64,000 nt of DNA from the NCBI RefSeq assembly GCF_006345805.1, contig NC_043002.1:26412001-26476000 (forward strand). The letters are read 5' to 3'. Below the pieces are notes generated by a model. That model searched no databases and was not told the DNA's origin. It saw nothing but the letters and a program-made list of their open reading frames with translations. Shown piece after piece: positions 1-13,554 of the stretch; positions within the stretch are counted from its first letter, which is position 1, and every line of letters starts with the position of its first letter. The DNA is from Octopus sinensis. Lineage: Eukaryota. The position numbers were made by a program, and so were the translations under genes.

Positions 1-428
1 TGGTAGTTTCATCCATTATTACTTTCACTTTCATTACATTTAATGATGACCGTTAAATTAGGTCAACTTGTATACGCACAAAAACGCATTAATACAGTAA
101 TATTGTTCTGCTTATATATTCCAGTACTATGATATGCATGTGTGTATCTCTGCGTATGAGTATATATATTTATGTGTGTAAGTGTGCATATTTGTATATA
201 TATATATGTATGCATATAAGTACGTATACATACATACACACACACACATAAATTATGGCTTCGATTTTAGCGTGCTGTTACCGCTTGTAGCACCTTTAAT
301 TAATTAATATATATATATATATATTATATATATATATATGTATGTATATATATATATATTATATATATATATATATACACGTGTGTGTGTGCGTGTATGT
401 CTTTCTGTATGTATACATACATACATAC

Positions 429-502
<74 letters not shown>

Positions 503-1839
503 ATATATATATCATAGTCCAAATATAGTCCAAAACGAGAAAAATGTCTGAACGATCACATCAAATTGCTTGTGGAGTTAGCCTTCAAGTCCTATTTCTT
601 TGAAGGAATGAACAATAAACATTGATTAATGAGAACGAGGGTAGAAATTAAAGAAAATATATCACAATTTACAGCAGATGTTAAGTATAGAAGACTTGAC
701 TGTCAATAGGATGTGTGTATGTGTAAATATATATAAGCGTGTGTTTGTGTAGATATGTGTAAATATATATAAATGCATGAGTGTATTTGCGTGTTCATGA
801 GTGTATATATTTCTATAAAATTGCAATACTCTACACTCAATAAACTGATAGCACAGAGCTAGATCGAAAGTACAACCTATGAGAGTGTAATGTGAATACG
901 CATTCACTTATTCATGCACAGATACGCACATACATTTACGTGTATATGTATGTATGGAAGGATTATGTATGTATCTATCTCGCTCTCTTCGTATACTTAG
1001 AGGTGTGTGGAGTGGTGGTGCTTGTGCGTGTGAATGTTGCTTCGTACTTTTATACAACTATAATACCGACATTAGTCCATACTGTGCCTCTAAATATGTC
1101 AAGTCCAAGGAGCTAAAATATCGTGTTTGTGTGCTTACACAAACACACGCACACATATATACACATGCACAGGCACACGCACACACACTCGCATACACAT
1201 ACACTCACACACACACACTCACTCACACACATACACACAGTCACACACACTCGCTTACACGCATGCTTCGGGCGGTAATGAGGTAAGATGAAATCAGTGG
1301 CTATTGGCATATATTTGAACACCATTAGCACATTAATTGTCCTGCAACGTTATTAGAAGTCGAGACACCAACATGCGGAAAAGTTACAGAATATATTTAT
1401 GTCCTACCTATATGCACATACATACACGTACACACACATCAATACACACACACACACACGCACACGCACACACACACACACAATGTACAAATATACAACG
1501 TTTGATAATTGGTGCGCATTCAAAGCCAGTGAATAGCAATGGCGATACCAGTTTGACTTTGAATTTCTTTAACAATTTAAAATAATGAATTTAATTTCTC
1601 TAAATTCTACATTAGTTCATCTAATTGCATTTATTTAATTATCGTTACTTTTCATAAAATAGCCTATATTCTTTTGGTATTCAATGTGCATTTTCGCTTT
1701 TTTCCACGTGTAGTTTCTATTTTCTTTTTGAAATATATTTCTATATATAATATATATATATATTATATATATATATATATAATATATATAATATATATAT
1801 ATATACATACATATGCAGTTACATACAGAGTACAAACCT

Positions 1840-1976
1840 CTTTGGTCATGAAGCACCATGAGATTGCACCTAGGAAGTTTTTCACCGAGGAACAAGTCCT
1901 ATAAACAATCTTACTAGGACTTGTTCCTCGGTGGAAAACTTTCTAGGTGCAATCTCATGGTGCTTCATTACCAAAG
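1840..1976. repeat. Fold-back inverted repeat, ~62-bp arms, 13-nt loop
   Basis: CTTTGGTCATGAAGCACC...CAAGTCCTA / TAGGACTTG...GGTGCTTCATTACCAAAG, with few mismatches. Confidence 0.92.
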
Positions 1977-2273
1977 ATTGTTTACGGAAGGCCAGCAATC
2001 GCCCATGCATTCCGGCCTCTCCACACCACGCCATCGATGTTATGCAAAGAAAAAGCCGATACAGCTTGGCACCCGTGAAGTACAGCACCAGAGAAATAGC
2101 AACTCGTTCTACATCCGAGTGAACTGGAGCAACGTGAAATAAAGTGTTTTGCTCAAGAACACAACACACAGCTCGGTTCGGGAATCGAACTCATTATATC
2201 ATGATTGACAGCTCGAGGAATCAAAATCATAATTGCTTGCAATACCCTAATCACTAGTCTACGCGCCTGCCTA

Positions 2274-2426
<153 letters not shown>

Positions 2427-2484
2427 GTTGGCGCCGCAGCATGAACGCAGCTTTGAATCTTTAACGTTTAAAAAAGATTCAAAG

Positions 2485-2540
<56 letters not shown>

Positions 2541-2640
2541 TAAAAACGGTAAGATAACAAAAGAAAGAAAGAGACCTCAATATTATGTAAATAGAGGAAA
2601 TTTATCTATAAAATAATATGTTACAATTACTCAATAGTCA

Positions 2641-2703
2641 AGATAAAACTCTGAGTTTCAGATGCCGAAGTGGAAATCCACAACACCATCTCTTCGGTTA
2701 TCT
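2641..2703 (-). ncRNA. Strongly degenerate hammerhead-like motif
   Basis: Minus strand: AGATAA-CCGAAGA-GATG...CATC-T-GAAA-CTCAGAG-TT-TTATCT. Confidence 0.4.
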
Positions 2704-3077
2704 GGCCATCTGAAAAAACGTTATGAAAAAATACCGTTATATAAGGGGAAATTACTGTGTTATATATATATATATATATATTCTAAAACTCAAAATTTGT
2801 TTGTTTTCTTGCCATTTGATTAAGATGATAAGGATTACAAATAAAATAGTCATTCCCCCTTTAAAAAAATAATCAATTTGAAAATGTCGGCGCTTCAAAA
2901 ATCCTCTTAGATACCGCCGTCCGTCCTTTTTTCTTAGTTTTTTTTTCTTTGAGAGTGCCATAGTTTTAAAAGATATAAATTGTCCCTATATTTCTGAGAT
3001 ATTTTTGAATCACGGGCACTTGATTTTTTTTCTTTACGAGTGAAATTACTATTTTATTTAAAATAAAATATTAATCT

Positions 3078-3140
<63 letters not shown>

Positions 3141-3733
3141 GGCATATATATATATGATTGTGTGCTTGCATTTGTCCCCACAACATTGCTTGACAACCGA
3201 TGCTGGTGTGTTTACATCCCCGTCACATAGCGGTTCGGCAAGAGAGACCGATATAATAAGTACTAGGCTTACAAAGAATAAGTCCTGAGGCCGCAGTCAA
3301 ATGACTGACACAAATAAGAGAATAAAAGAAAAAAGAATATATATATGTCATGATATATATTCCCCACTTAACTGTGACTGACCCATGTAGGACGATGCTA
3401 CTGTTGTTTATAGCCCCAGGAAGACATCTCCTCCAGCTGGCTAATGACACGCTGTATCGGAGCAGTATTTGCGAAGGGAGATCACCATTCCCATCTCTTG
3501 CCTTACACGAAACACACGGACCCGGGTATTTGGGTAGTCATCAGCATGTGACAATAACCAGCTAGGGATGGGAACTGATTCCAAGAGCAAAATACTATAC
3601 GCTTTTTCCATGAACAAACCATCGCTCGACTCGAAAAAGGAGAAACAAGCAATAATAAATCTTTGGGCGAGATGTAAAACGAAGTCGTGCTGCTAGTGTT
3701 TACATCTCGCTCAGAGATTTAATATTGCTATAC

Positions 3734-3835
<102 letters not shown>

Positions 3836-4084
3836 TAATCCAAACAAGAAAGCACAAAAACAAACACAACAACGCGAGGACGTGGAACAAATATAGTATT
3901 AATGGACGCTCAGGAAAGAAGGAAACAAGGAGGGTATAACGTTTCGAGCGGAGCTTTTCGTCGGAAACATAAGAGAAGGGAAGACAGAGGAAAAAAACTC
4001 GCCAACGGTACACACGCGGTCACATTTTGAAAATGTATACACACACACACACACACACACCACACACACACACACAAACTCACG

Positions 4085-4118
<34 letters not shown>

Positions 4119-4234
4119 CATGTATACAGAGTGTAACAGATAAATTGGGACCATTTAAATATCTTTATTATAATTGGTATCAAACACTGCAAGTATTATG
4201 TTTATGCTAATTTATTGTGGAGTGTTTAGCACTT

Positions 4235-4620
4235 ATTTCAGTTCAATGTGACCGCCATTTGCTTTCTCTGCAAGTTCAATCTGTTTACGAAATGATGCGC
4301 ATGCCTTAACTATTTTTTCGCTCTTCATTTTACCGAATGCTCCTTGATCGAAGCCTTCAGTAAAGACACACAATGTATTAGCATTGACATTATAGATGTA
4401 GTTATGGGGGATAGTTTTGGTAAGCGGGTCGGTTGGTGCATTGCATTTATATGTATGGAGCTGGAGATTATTTTGAATAAATTTACTAGGGTTGGGTTTA
4501 GCTGTTGGTGGATTTCGGAGTTTGTTGTTAAGATTTCGAATATCTCCGACAATGTTGGTGGTAGTGGTGGAAAAGGACAATTTTATACATTGGGTATTTT
4601 ATACAATTTATTTATTCGGT
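4235..4620 (-). mobile_element. Inverted Penelope-like fragment (linker region)
   Basis: STTTTNIVGDIRNLNNKL...NYIYNVNANT; homologous in inverted orientation to 5190-5230 plus 6296-6450. Confidence 0.65.
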
Positions 4621-5242
4621 GTTTATAGATGTTATAGATAGAGGTTAAATATATCCCTACGCGAACTTCTCCTCCAAACCCGCTCCGTCCTAAGGCCTAT
4701 TGCAGAAAGCATGTCCTACCAGATCTCTTCATTATCTGTTAATCAAGATTTATTAGATCAACATGTTGAATACTACAACAGTGCCCTACAATGGGCCGGA
4801 TATAAACACTCAGTTAATAACTACCCATGTGGGACATTCCCCTCTCAACTAAACCCAGAACAAAAACCCTCTTCTCCACCCCTCCAATACCCATCCAAAT
4901 ATCAGAGTTGCAAACAATCTGACAAACGTTCCCACCTGATAACCTCTAATCCTACGTACACCACAGCCCACCAAAACAGACATCAACACATACCTCCAAA
5001 AACCCTATCTCAACCCAGGTAACCGCCGTAAACTGATTAAATAAACAAGAACCCGGGACGTCATCTGGTTCCACCCCCTTGCCTTTTACGTTTAGACTTG
5101 AGTACCGAAACTCGTCACCACCATACTCGAAAAAACTTTCCCTAAATCTAACCCCCTTATAAAAATATTTAACATCCAATCTATAAAATTGTCTCACAAC
5201 CAACATTGCCGGAGTTATCCGAAATCTTAATATATGGGATCT

Positions 5243-6293
5243 AGTCTTTTACATTCGCAAATCTGAAAACCGGCTATGCTAATGTAGTCTTCCACTCTCA
5301 TTGCTATGGAGGTATGTTGTGGAGAAAAAATCGGAGGGAAAAGTTACAGAAAAATCGGAAAAACTCTGTTTTTTTGTTTTTTTAGCCAATAGCGAGACAG
5401 AAATTTTCTGCATTTAGCGGAGTGGTGTCAGCTCTAAGGTTGTACTCTGTAAAATTTATAGTTTAGCGTCTGTGACATGACCTGTTCATTTTAAGTTTCG
5501 AAATAAACAGAAATGCTTAATAAAATAAACATGCATCATCTTATTGTTTCTTTTGTTCTCTCTTCATTGATTGCATGTTTTTTATTATTTTTTAAAATTT
5601 GTTATATTGATATATTTGTCTGCATGTGTTTATGCGTATTTCAGTACCTGTCATGTATTTGTGTAAATCATCAATATATAAGTGCATGTGGATGTATGTA
5701 TTCATATCTAAGTTTGTATGTACATTGATGCATTCATGTGTGTGTGTGTGTATGTGTGTGTTTGTGTGCGTGTGTTTGTGTGTGCGTGTGTCTGTGTCTG
5801 TATTTGTGTCTGTGTGTGTTTATGTGTTTGTGTGTGTGTGTCTGTGTATCTGTGTGTGAAGGGGTATGTGTCTCCAAAACTCCAAAGTTGAGTAACGTTT
5901 TCATGCTTGGATTTGTTAATTACGGTTAGAATAACACTGGTAAACCAAAGAATTTGTCCCAAAAGCACAGAAAAATATGTAATATAATAATGCACAGAAA
6001 CATTAAAACAGAACACGCAGGTGAAGAGAATCTTGTGGTGAGAAGAATCAAGTGTGAAAAATCAACATAGAACAACGTGCAGCACAGACAACCGTAGTTG
6101 TCGTGATAACAAGCTGCTAATGCTACGCTGTTTGTAGCTTGGCTGAAACTACCCAAATTACCCTATTTTAATTCTAAATAACAAGAGAGTCTTTAAATTA
6201 CAAGATAAATTGGTTGGTTGCATCGATTCACCAAAATTGAAAGCAATCTGAGCAAAATTAAAGGGGTCTCATTTTGAGAATGAAAAAGACAAA
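5243..6293. mobile_element. Possible non-autonomous DNA transposon inserted in the Penelope-like element
   Basis: Imperfect ~30-bp terminal inverted similarity (GTCTTTTTACATTC.../...GAATGAAAAAGAC); internal (TG)n tract; splits colinear PLE sequence. Confidence 0.4.
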
Positions 6294-6514
6294 ATCAACA
6301 AGAAGCTCCGAAATCCACCAACAGCTATACCCCCACCCTAATAAATTCATCCAACTGAACCCCAGCTCCATACATATGAACCCAATGCACCATCGAACCC
6401 GCTTAACAAAACTAACCCCCATAACTACATTTATAATGCCACTGCTAACACCCGAGCGTTACATGTACCACAAAGCTCAAATATACCTCCTGTCATAATA
6501 GAGAACATCCCAGA

Positions 6515-7270
6515 GGATACCGCCAGGCAAAATAATTATCATACCATACAACCAAAAAACACCATCACCCTCAACCTGTTATCAATTGATAACCTTAACA
6601 CCAACTATATAATAACGAACAATCTTCTCAGAAGCTCATCTGGAACACCCCAACAAACCTATGCAGCTTCAGACGCCTTACCTCATGTCCTTTAGATAAC
6701 CGCTGTCTCACTAGAAATACAGTTTACAAGTGCACAGTATCAACTTACAACTGTAACTACATTTACACCGCCAGGATACCGCCAGGCAAAATAATTATCA
6801 TACCATACAACCAAAAAACACCATCACCCTCAACCTGTTATCAAATGATAACCTTAACATCAACTATATAATAACGAACAATCTTCTTAGAAGCTCATCT
6901 GGAACACCCCTACAAACCTATGCAACTTCAGACGCCTTACCTCATGTCCTTTAGATAACCGCTGTCTCACTAGAAATACAGTTTACAAGTGCACAGTATC
7001 AACTTACAACTGTAACTACATTTACACCGCCAGGATACCGCCAGGCAAAATAATTATCATACCATACAACCAAAAAACACCATCACCCTCAACCTGTTAT
7101 CAAATGATAACCTTAACACCAACTATATAATAACGAACAATCTTCTTAGAAGCTCATCTGGAACACCCCTACAAACCTATGCAACTTCAGACGCCTTACC
7201 TCATGTCCTTTAGATAACCGCTGTCTCACTAGAAATACAGTTTACAAGTGCACAGTATCAACTAACAACT
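6515..7270 (+). repeat. Tandem triplication of a 259-bp segment of the Penelope-like element
   Basis: GGATACCGCCAGGC at 6515, 6774 and 7033. Confidence 0.95.
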
Positions 7271-7609
7271 ACACCGGCTTATGTAGCACCACCTTCGAAG
7301 CTAATGGTGAGTAATCACTACTGTGGCTTTTAATCCCACATAAAATCTAACAGTACATAATTATCTCAACTTAGTAAACGAACGCTTCATTCGACCCCTT
7401 ACACTCTCAAACGATCCATAGTCATCCACGCCAAACTTTACAGCGCATATACCAAGTATAATCTATGCATAGCCGAGGTCATGGCTATTTTGCAATGCAC
7501 GGACTGAATGAACGCAACTGTATAATACTCACCTGCGAACATCGGGCACTAAACATTTTCTCAAAATACAAATAATTACAACCACACCCAGATCTTGTCT
7601 TCCCATTAT

Positions 7610-7700
<91 letters not shown>

Positions 7701-7838
7701 ATAATAAATATTAGGGAATAAATCCAAATTTACAAGGAAAAATCAGATTTAAGATTGAATCCAATTTTATAATAAAATATTATATTATAATAAATTAGAG
7801 ACAAAATTAGAGTTTATAACTCGCTAAGAAGGTTTAGA

Positions 7839-7890
7839 AACCACCTGAAGAATGTCTAAGATGTGCTGACACGAAACGATCGTAGTGGTT
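7839..7890 (+). ncRNA. Minimal type I hammerhead motif (PLE-associated), one stem II mismatch
   Basis: AACCAC-CTGAAGA-A-TGTC...GACA-C-GAAA-C-GATC-G-TA-GTGGTT. Confidence 0.75.
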
Positions 7891-7998
7891 ATTCATTTGT
7901 TAAATTTTAATTTATATCAATTATTTTATATTTTATGTATTGGCTTAAGTCTTTCTTTGCTTGATTTGCATAATAGTGGTTTTGTCTCTAATTTATTA

Positions 7999-8037
<39 letters not shown>

Positions 8038-10136
8038 CCACTCATCCACCCTCAGTACCACTTTGTATTAACCCAACAATGCCTTTCTCTCCTTTTAATT
8101 CCTTGATCATCAATTAGTATTTTCACCGTATTTTTACTTACTACCTAAAATATCCTTCTCTCCTTATATTTCTACATCCTCCTCTCTTACCTTGTCCACC
8201 CGTAAATTCACAAATACATACGCCTGCATACACCTTCACCACTTCATATGTTTTTTTTTCTGTACCAATTTATGCCTTTCGGCCATAGAAACCGCTCAAC
8301 TACAAACAACCACTAGCCATGATTAAATCCCTCCACTCTACCTTGCTTTAACCACGCACACTGTTTTTCTCCCACATGACGACAAATGTTCTCCCCTCTC
8401 CCCCAGACACACACACGCATGCGCACATACACACACGCGTCCCGCACGCATACATTCACGCGAGTGTGTGTATGGTGTGCATATAAATATATATATATTT
8501 ATGTGTGTGTGTAGGGGGGTATAAGGCCTTTCCTACCATTCTCAACAGCACTAAGTTACGTGATTGGGGACCCAGAACTCATCAATATGTGAGCCCATCG
8601 GTTAAAAAATATTGTGACGTGCGTGTGTGTAGGTAGGTTAGGAGATGACTTGGGCTGGCCCGTATACATACTTTCACACACGCATTCACCTATACATACA
8701 TTCACGCATACATTCCCGTATATATACATTCATACACACTCTGACACATACACACCAGGCACGCATACGCACAGTAAATTCGTATAACACAACAAATATA
8801 AAACACTATGGAGGCGTTAGATATATGTAAAATAACTGAATAGCTATGAACATTATACTTAATGTAGTTTTCTAGTGTCCTAAGCAGTTCTATTCTAACA
8901 CACACACGCGCGTATCTGCTTATATTGTTTGTGTTTGTGTGTATATATGAATATATCTATATACTTTGCACATATAGAAAAGTATATATACATACATATA
9001 TATACACATATATACCTACCTAAGCTAAATGTGTTTATGTACATATATACATAGACACACTAATAGCCACACAGACACACACAAACAGCCACACGTACAC
9101 ACACAGAGAGACTCAGACGTACACACGCATATTTACATTGATATATATACAGACATCTGTACATATATATGATAATGCATACTCACACACGTACGTATAT
9201 ATGTTGGTGTGTGTGTGAGTGTTTGCATAGATTCGTATATGAGACATATAACTCCCTTCGGCACATTCTACGAATACCCCTTTTCCCTCAACGCATGAGA
9301 AGCGCTATGTGATCGATAGAACCGGGAAGGACATTGCTTCAAACCAAAATTCTTAAGCCATACTACTGTACGCATTACTGTGTTGTTTCCATGTTTTAAA
9401 TAACTGTATTTCGTCCACTTGGAGTTTAAATAAGCAAAACGAATTTAACACTTCAGAAAACTTCGTAATACGATATGCAGTAAACACTGCTTGTATACAA
9501 TGCTATATTTGGAAGAGATATCACGTTTATTTTAAAGAATCTCTACAAAGTTTTTCTCGATAAAAGAATTAAATTCTAAGAAAATGTAAGAAAAATGATA
9601 AGACTTTTGTAAACTTGTAACTATATATATTTATTTTATTATTTTTCGATTTATACTTGACCAAGCTTGTAAATTTGATAATTTTCTTATACAAATATTT
9701 TATCCACAAAACAAAATCAATGTGAACCACTTTATAGATAGTTCTTCAAAACGAATATGTATCCAAACACACACGCGCACACATGTTCACATACATATAC
9801 ACACAGATGTATGTGTGTATGGAGCCTATTTACATCAATGCATATACATGAAAAAGCATATGTTTGTAAACCACAGACACACACCCATATGCACACATTC
9901 AGGCATACATATATAAAACAAAACTAATTCCTGTTTCTTTCTATCAGTTTTTTTTCACATTGTACGTTTGGGTTACTTGCAGTAAGTTTGCAACAATAAA
10001 ATTCTAAATTCGCCTCGAAAGAATATGTTTCAAAATACATAAAAAATAACTCCATAAAATGTTAGAATTGGAACGCAGTTGGGAGTTCAATACATGTCTA
10101 TAAGAAAAACTGTACTTTGTGTGTGTGTGTGTGTGT

Positions 10137-10170
<34 letters not shown>

Positions 10171-10746
10171 TGCGTATGTGTGTATGTTAATGTGTGTGTT
10201 TGAGAGTGTGTCTTTCACCTTGTATTTCACGCCTTGGACTGCAGCCATGATGGGGTACCGCCTTCAAGGCTTTAATAAAACAACTGAAACCCAGTACTTG
10301 TTAACTAAAACCTGCTACTTATTCTATCGCTTTCCTTTTTGCTGAACCGCTAAGTTACGGGGACGTAAAGATACTAATAGTAGTTGAAATGTGGTGGTGG
10401 TGAAAAGCACAAACAAATACACAGGCACGTATATATATATGTGCATATATACAAAGGATTAATTCACCCTCTCTGTAATGCTAATAAGCAGGAATTGAGA
10501 CCCACCTCGTTGTAATTAACAATGGATAAATTTGTCTTCTGTGAGTAATAATCCCTCATCATATCTATGGAATTCATATGGATTAGGTCACCTTCTCTGT
10601 GATGCTATCATACAAACTTTTTTAAAATTCTGTGATAAGACTGTACATCATCTTTAAAGAACTTAATGAACTTAAAATCTGTTTAATTATCTACATTACT
10701 TCATGAGTATAGCCTCAAACACTAGGATGTCTAAGACTTACATGTA

Positions 10747-10832
10747 TTTTAGCTGATGAGTACGGACTCGTTTATTGCTGTAATCTTTGCAACTTTTAAT
10801 AAACTGTCCTTGTATGAACGATCGTACTAAAA
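10747..10832 (+). ncRNA. Type I hammerhead motif with long stem II, lacking one core A
   Basis: TTTTAG-CTGATGA-GTAC-GGAC..GTTTATT...AATAAAC..GTCC..GTAT-GAA-CGATCG-TA-CTAAAA. Confidence 0.7.
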
Positions 10833-11766
10833 ACCTATCCATTCCTGTTGCTTCTTTCTCGCGTATATATATATATATATATAATCAAAATAAGCAACAA
10901 GGATATCCAGAGGTAAAGCAGTAAGATCGTTTCAAGCAACTCCATTTAATTGAACAATGCAATCATTACATCAATTTAAAATGCAGAGCAATCCTCAGCT
11001 GCACAAAGACATAGAATTTAATTAAATTAGAACATTTGGACACATTAGTATAATTATACCTAAAATCTTCAAGAAGTTAAAGAGATAGACAAAAACATGC
11101 TGTCTTCACTCCAACATCGAAGTTACTAAGTTATCAAAAGGATATACATTGTTACAGACTGTAACTGATTTTTTGGTTTTTATGGGGTCAGTTTTAATTT
11201 ATAGGCTAGTTTATCAAATCCTTGTAGAACTAAGGCTGAGAGAACAAAGGGCAATATCTGTTAGAGGTAGGGCGGTGGGAGCAGATCGAAATCATAGTTG
11301 GTATAGTCATAAAAATCAAGATTTATTAGAACCAATAACCTGAGGTTTGGTAAAAGAAAACTTAAAACAATATGTTAGCTGACAATTATGGGGGTCCCCC
11401 ACTAGCAGACCATTGATAATGAAACATGAGGATTCTTATCATGTAGTACTATAGTTAAATATTTTAAACAATGTTGCTATATAGTGTATAGTTAAAGTTT
11501 AGGGTTATTCAGAGGATTATTAAGAAGAATATTATAACAAAAGGATAGAAATTTATGAATACTTTTGAGTATATACTAAACTTTTACCACAATACAGGTT
11601 TTCATAAAACAACTGAAACCCAGTATTTTATCTAAAGCCTGGTACTTATTCTATCGGTATCTTTTTGCTGAACCGCTAGATTACGGCGACGTAAACAAAC
11701 TAATACTAGTTGACAAGCGGTGGTGGTGAAAAACACAACACACACACACACGTATATATATATATG

Positions 11767-11815
<49 letters not shown>

Positions 11816-11842
11816 GTAATGTATATATATATATATATATAT

Positions 11843-11909
<67 letters not shown>

Positions 11910-11948
11910 TGAGAAAGTTGGTGTGTGAAAGCACGTAGTTCAATATAT

Positions 11949-12132
11949 AGAAAATAGTAAAAAGTGAAAAAACTACAGAAGGCTTGCTTTAGAAGGTTAA
12001 AAAATATATATTGGAGTCATTATGTCTGAAGAATGTTATAAATTTTTTTCATACAATGACATAATGACTCAAATATATATTTTTTAACCTTCTAAAACAA
12101 GCCTTCTGTAGTTTTTTCACTTTTTACTATTT

Positions 12133-12135
<3 letters not shown>
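11949..12135. repeat. Long palindrome, ~77-bp arms
   Basis: The arms differ at about 2-3 positions; the loop begins CTGAAGA (12026-32). Confidence 0.92.
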
Positions 12136-12168
<33 letters not shown>

Positions 12169-12171
12169 ATA

Positions 12172-13367
12172 TAGGGGTTGGACAAAATAATACAAACACC
12201 TTAAAATTTCGAAATAAATTAATTTTAATATGGAATAGAACCGCCTTTAGCAGTAATTACAGCTTGAATTCTACGAGCTATGGATTCGTAAATCTTTGGA
12301 TTGTTTCCAAATGATTTTTTGTCCAGTCTTCAGCTAAAACAGTCTCCATTTCTTGTAGTGATGATGGTGGAGGATATCGACACCTTACTTATTTTTTCTA
12401 AAGTGCACCATATATGTTCAATAATATTGAGATCTGGGGACTGTGACGACCAGATAAGATGTTCAACCTCACTAGAATGTTCCTCGCACCATTCAGTAAC
12501 AACTTTAGCTGTGTGAATTGGTGCATTATCGTCCTGAAAGATTGCATTTCCCTCGGGAAGACGTTCTGCAACCATAGGATGATTCTGATCAGAACATGCT
12601 TAAATAGTCTTGAGTATTAATTCTGCCATGCAGAGAAACCACTGAGCCGGTGGATTTCTAACATATGCACCCCCACCACCCAGATTATCACAGATCCTCC
12701 TCCAGGTTTAACATTTAGAAGAAGGCAATGTGGGTCATATGCTTCTTTTGGCTGTCTCCACACGTATACACGGCCGGTGGTCGGAAATAAGGTAAAGGAT
12801 GACTCGTTTGTTTTTGAAAGTAGTGGTTTCCTGATTGCAGCCCTCTCGTGAGATCCAGCTTTGTGCAGCTCCCGGTGAACAGTTTTTGTGTAAACTGATT
12901 CTCGGGGTGGTCATTAAGCTCTGCATTAATTTTAGGAGCTGTACGTTTGTGATCATTTCTAATAATTCGCGTAAGAGTCCGACGGTGCCTTCTTCCGGAG
13001 TTTTGTTTCGACGAGGAGGTTTCTCCCTCTTTCTCAATAGCTGACATTACTTCGGAGACAGTACGTCATGATACACCAAGCATTTCGGTTGTTTTCGTTA
13101 CGCTAGTGCCTGTAATACCAGCACCAACATTTTCACCTCTTTGAAAGTCCGATAGATCTGTCATTGTAATGAATTTTAATTACCTTTTTTCTGGTGGTAT
13201 CTGAAAAGGAACATCAAAAAAAAAAAAAAACAACAAAAAAAACACAAACATATTAAGCAACATTAATAATAAATAATAAAACAGAAATAAACAAGCTTTT
13301 GACGGTTTTATTGATATTTCAAAACTTCTGATGCTATGATGCTAGCTGTTTCTATTATTTTGTCCAA
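12172..13367 (-). mobile_element. Tc1-family transposon relic
   Basis: TIR remnants TAGGGGTTGGACAAAATAATA / TATTATTTTGTCCAA. ATG at 13164 (MTDLSDFQRG); Tc3-type HTH fragment; FQDDNAPIHTA and SQSPDLNIIEHIW; stops, frameshifts and an internal deletion. Confidence 0.9.
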
Positions 13368-13554
13368 ATATAAGTGAATGACGCCCACACTTTGAAGCAT
13401 TCGATTGTGGAAGAGAACAACTCCTAGAGGTAACTTACCATTTAACTCACTCCTCTTCCACAATGAACATGTGAACTGAAACACTTGAGTTGTTTAGAAA
13501 CATATACATATGCATGTGTATGTACGTGTACATGTGTATGTGGGTATATGTAGA

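Larger units (their letters stand above)
4640..7478 (+). mobile_element. Penelope-like element 3' part (RT thumb, linker, GIY-YIG), interrupted by a ~1.07 kb insertion
   Basis: SVLRPIAESMSYQISSLS...YYNSALQWAGY; RTRDVIWFHP; KNFPKSNPLIKIFN; SCPLDNRCLTRNTVYKCTV; YTGLCSTTF; NLCIAE. Homology breaks at ~5230 and resumes at ~6296. Confidence 0.75.

Noticed and set aside
3930-3975. Hammerhead-like CCGACGAA..GCTCGAAACGTTA (minus); similar GAAACGTA motifs at ~45325-45346 and ~10920-10945
   Set aside because: The core is non-canonical and stem I does not pair in these copies; too degraded to call.
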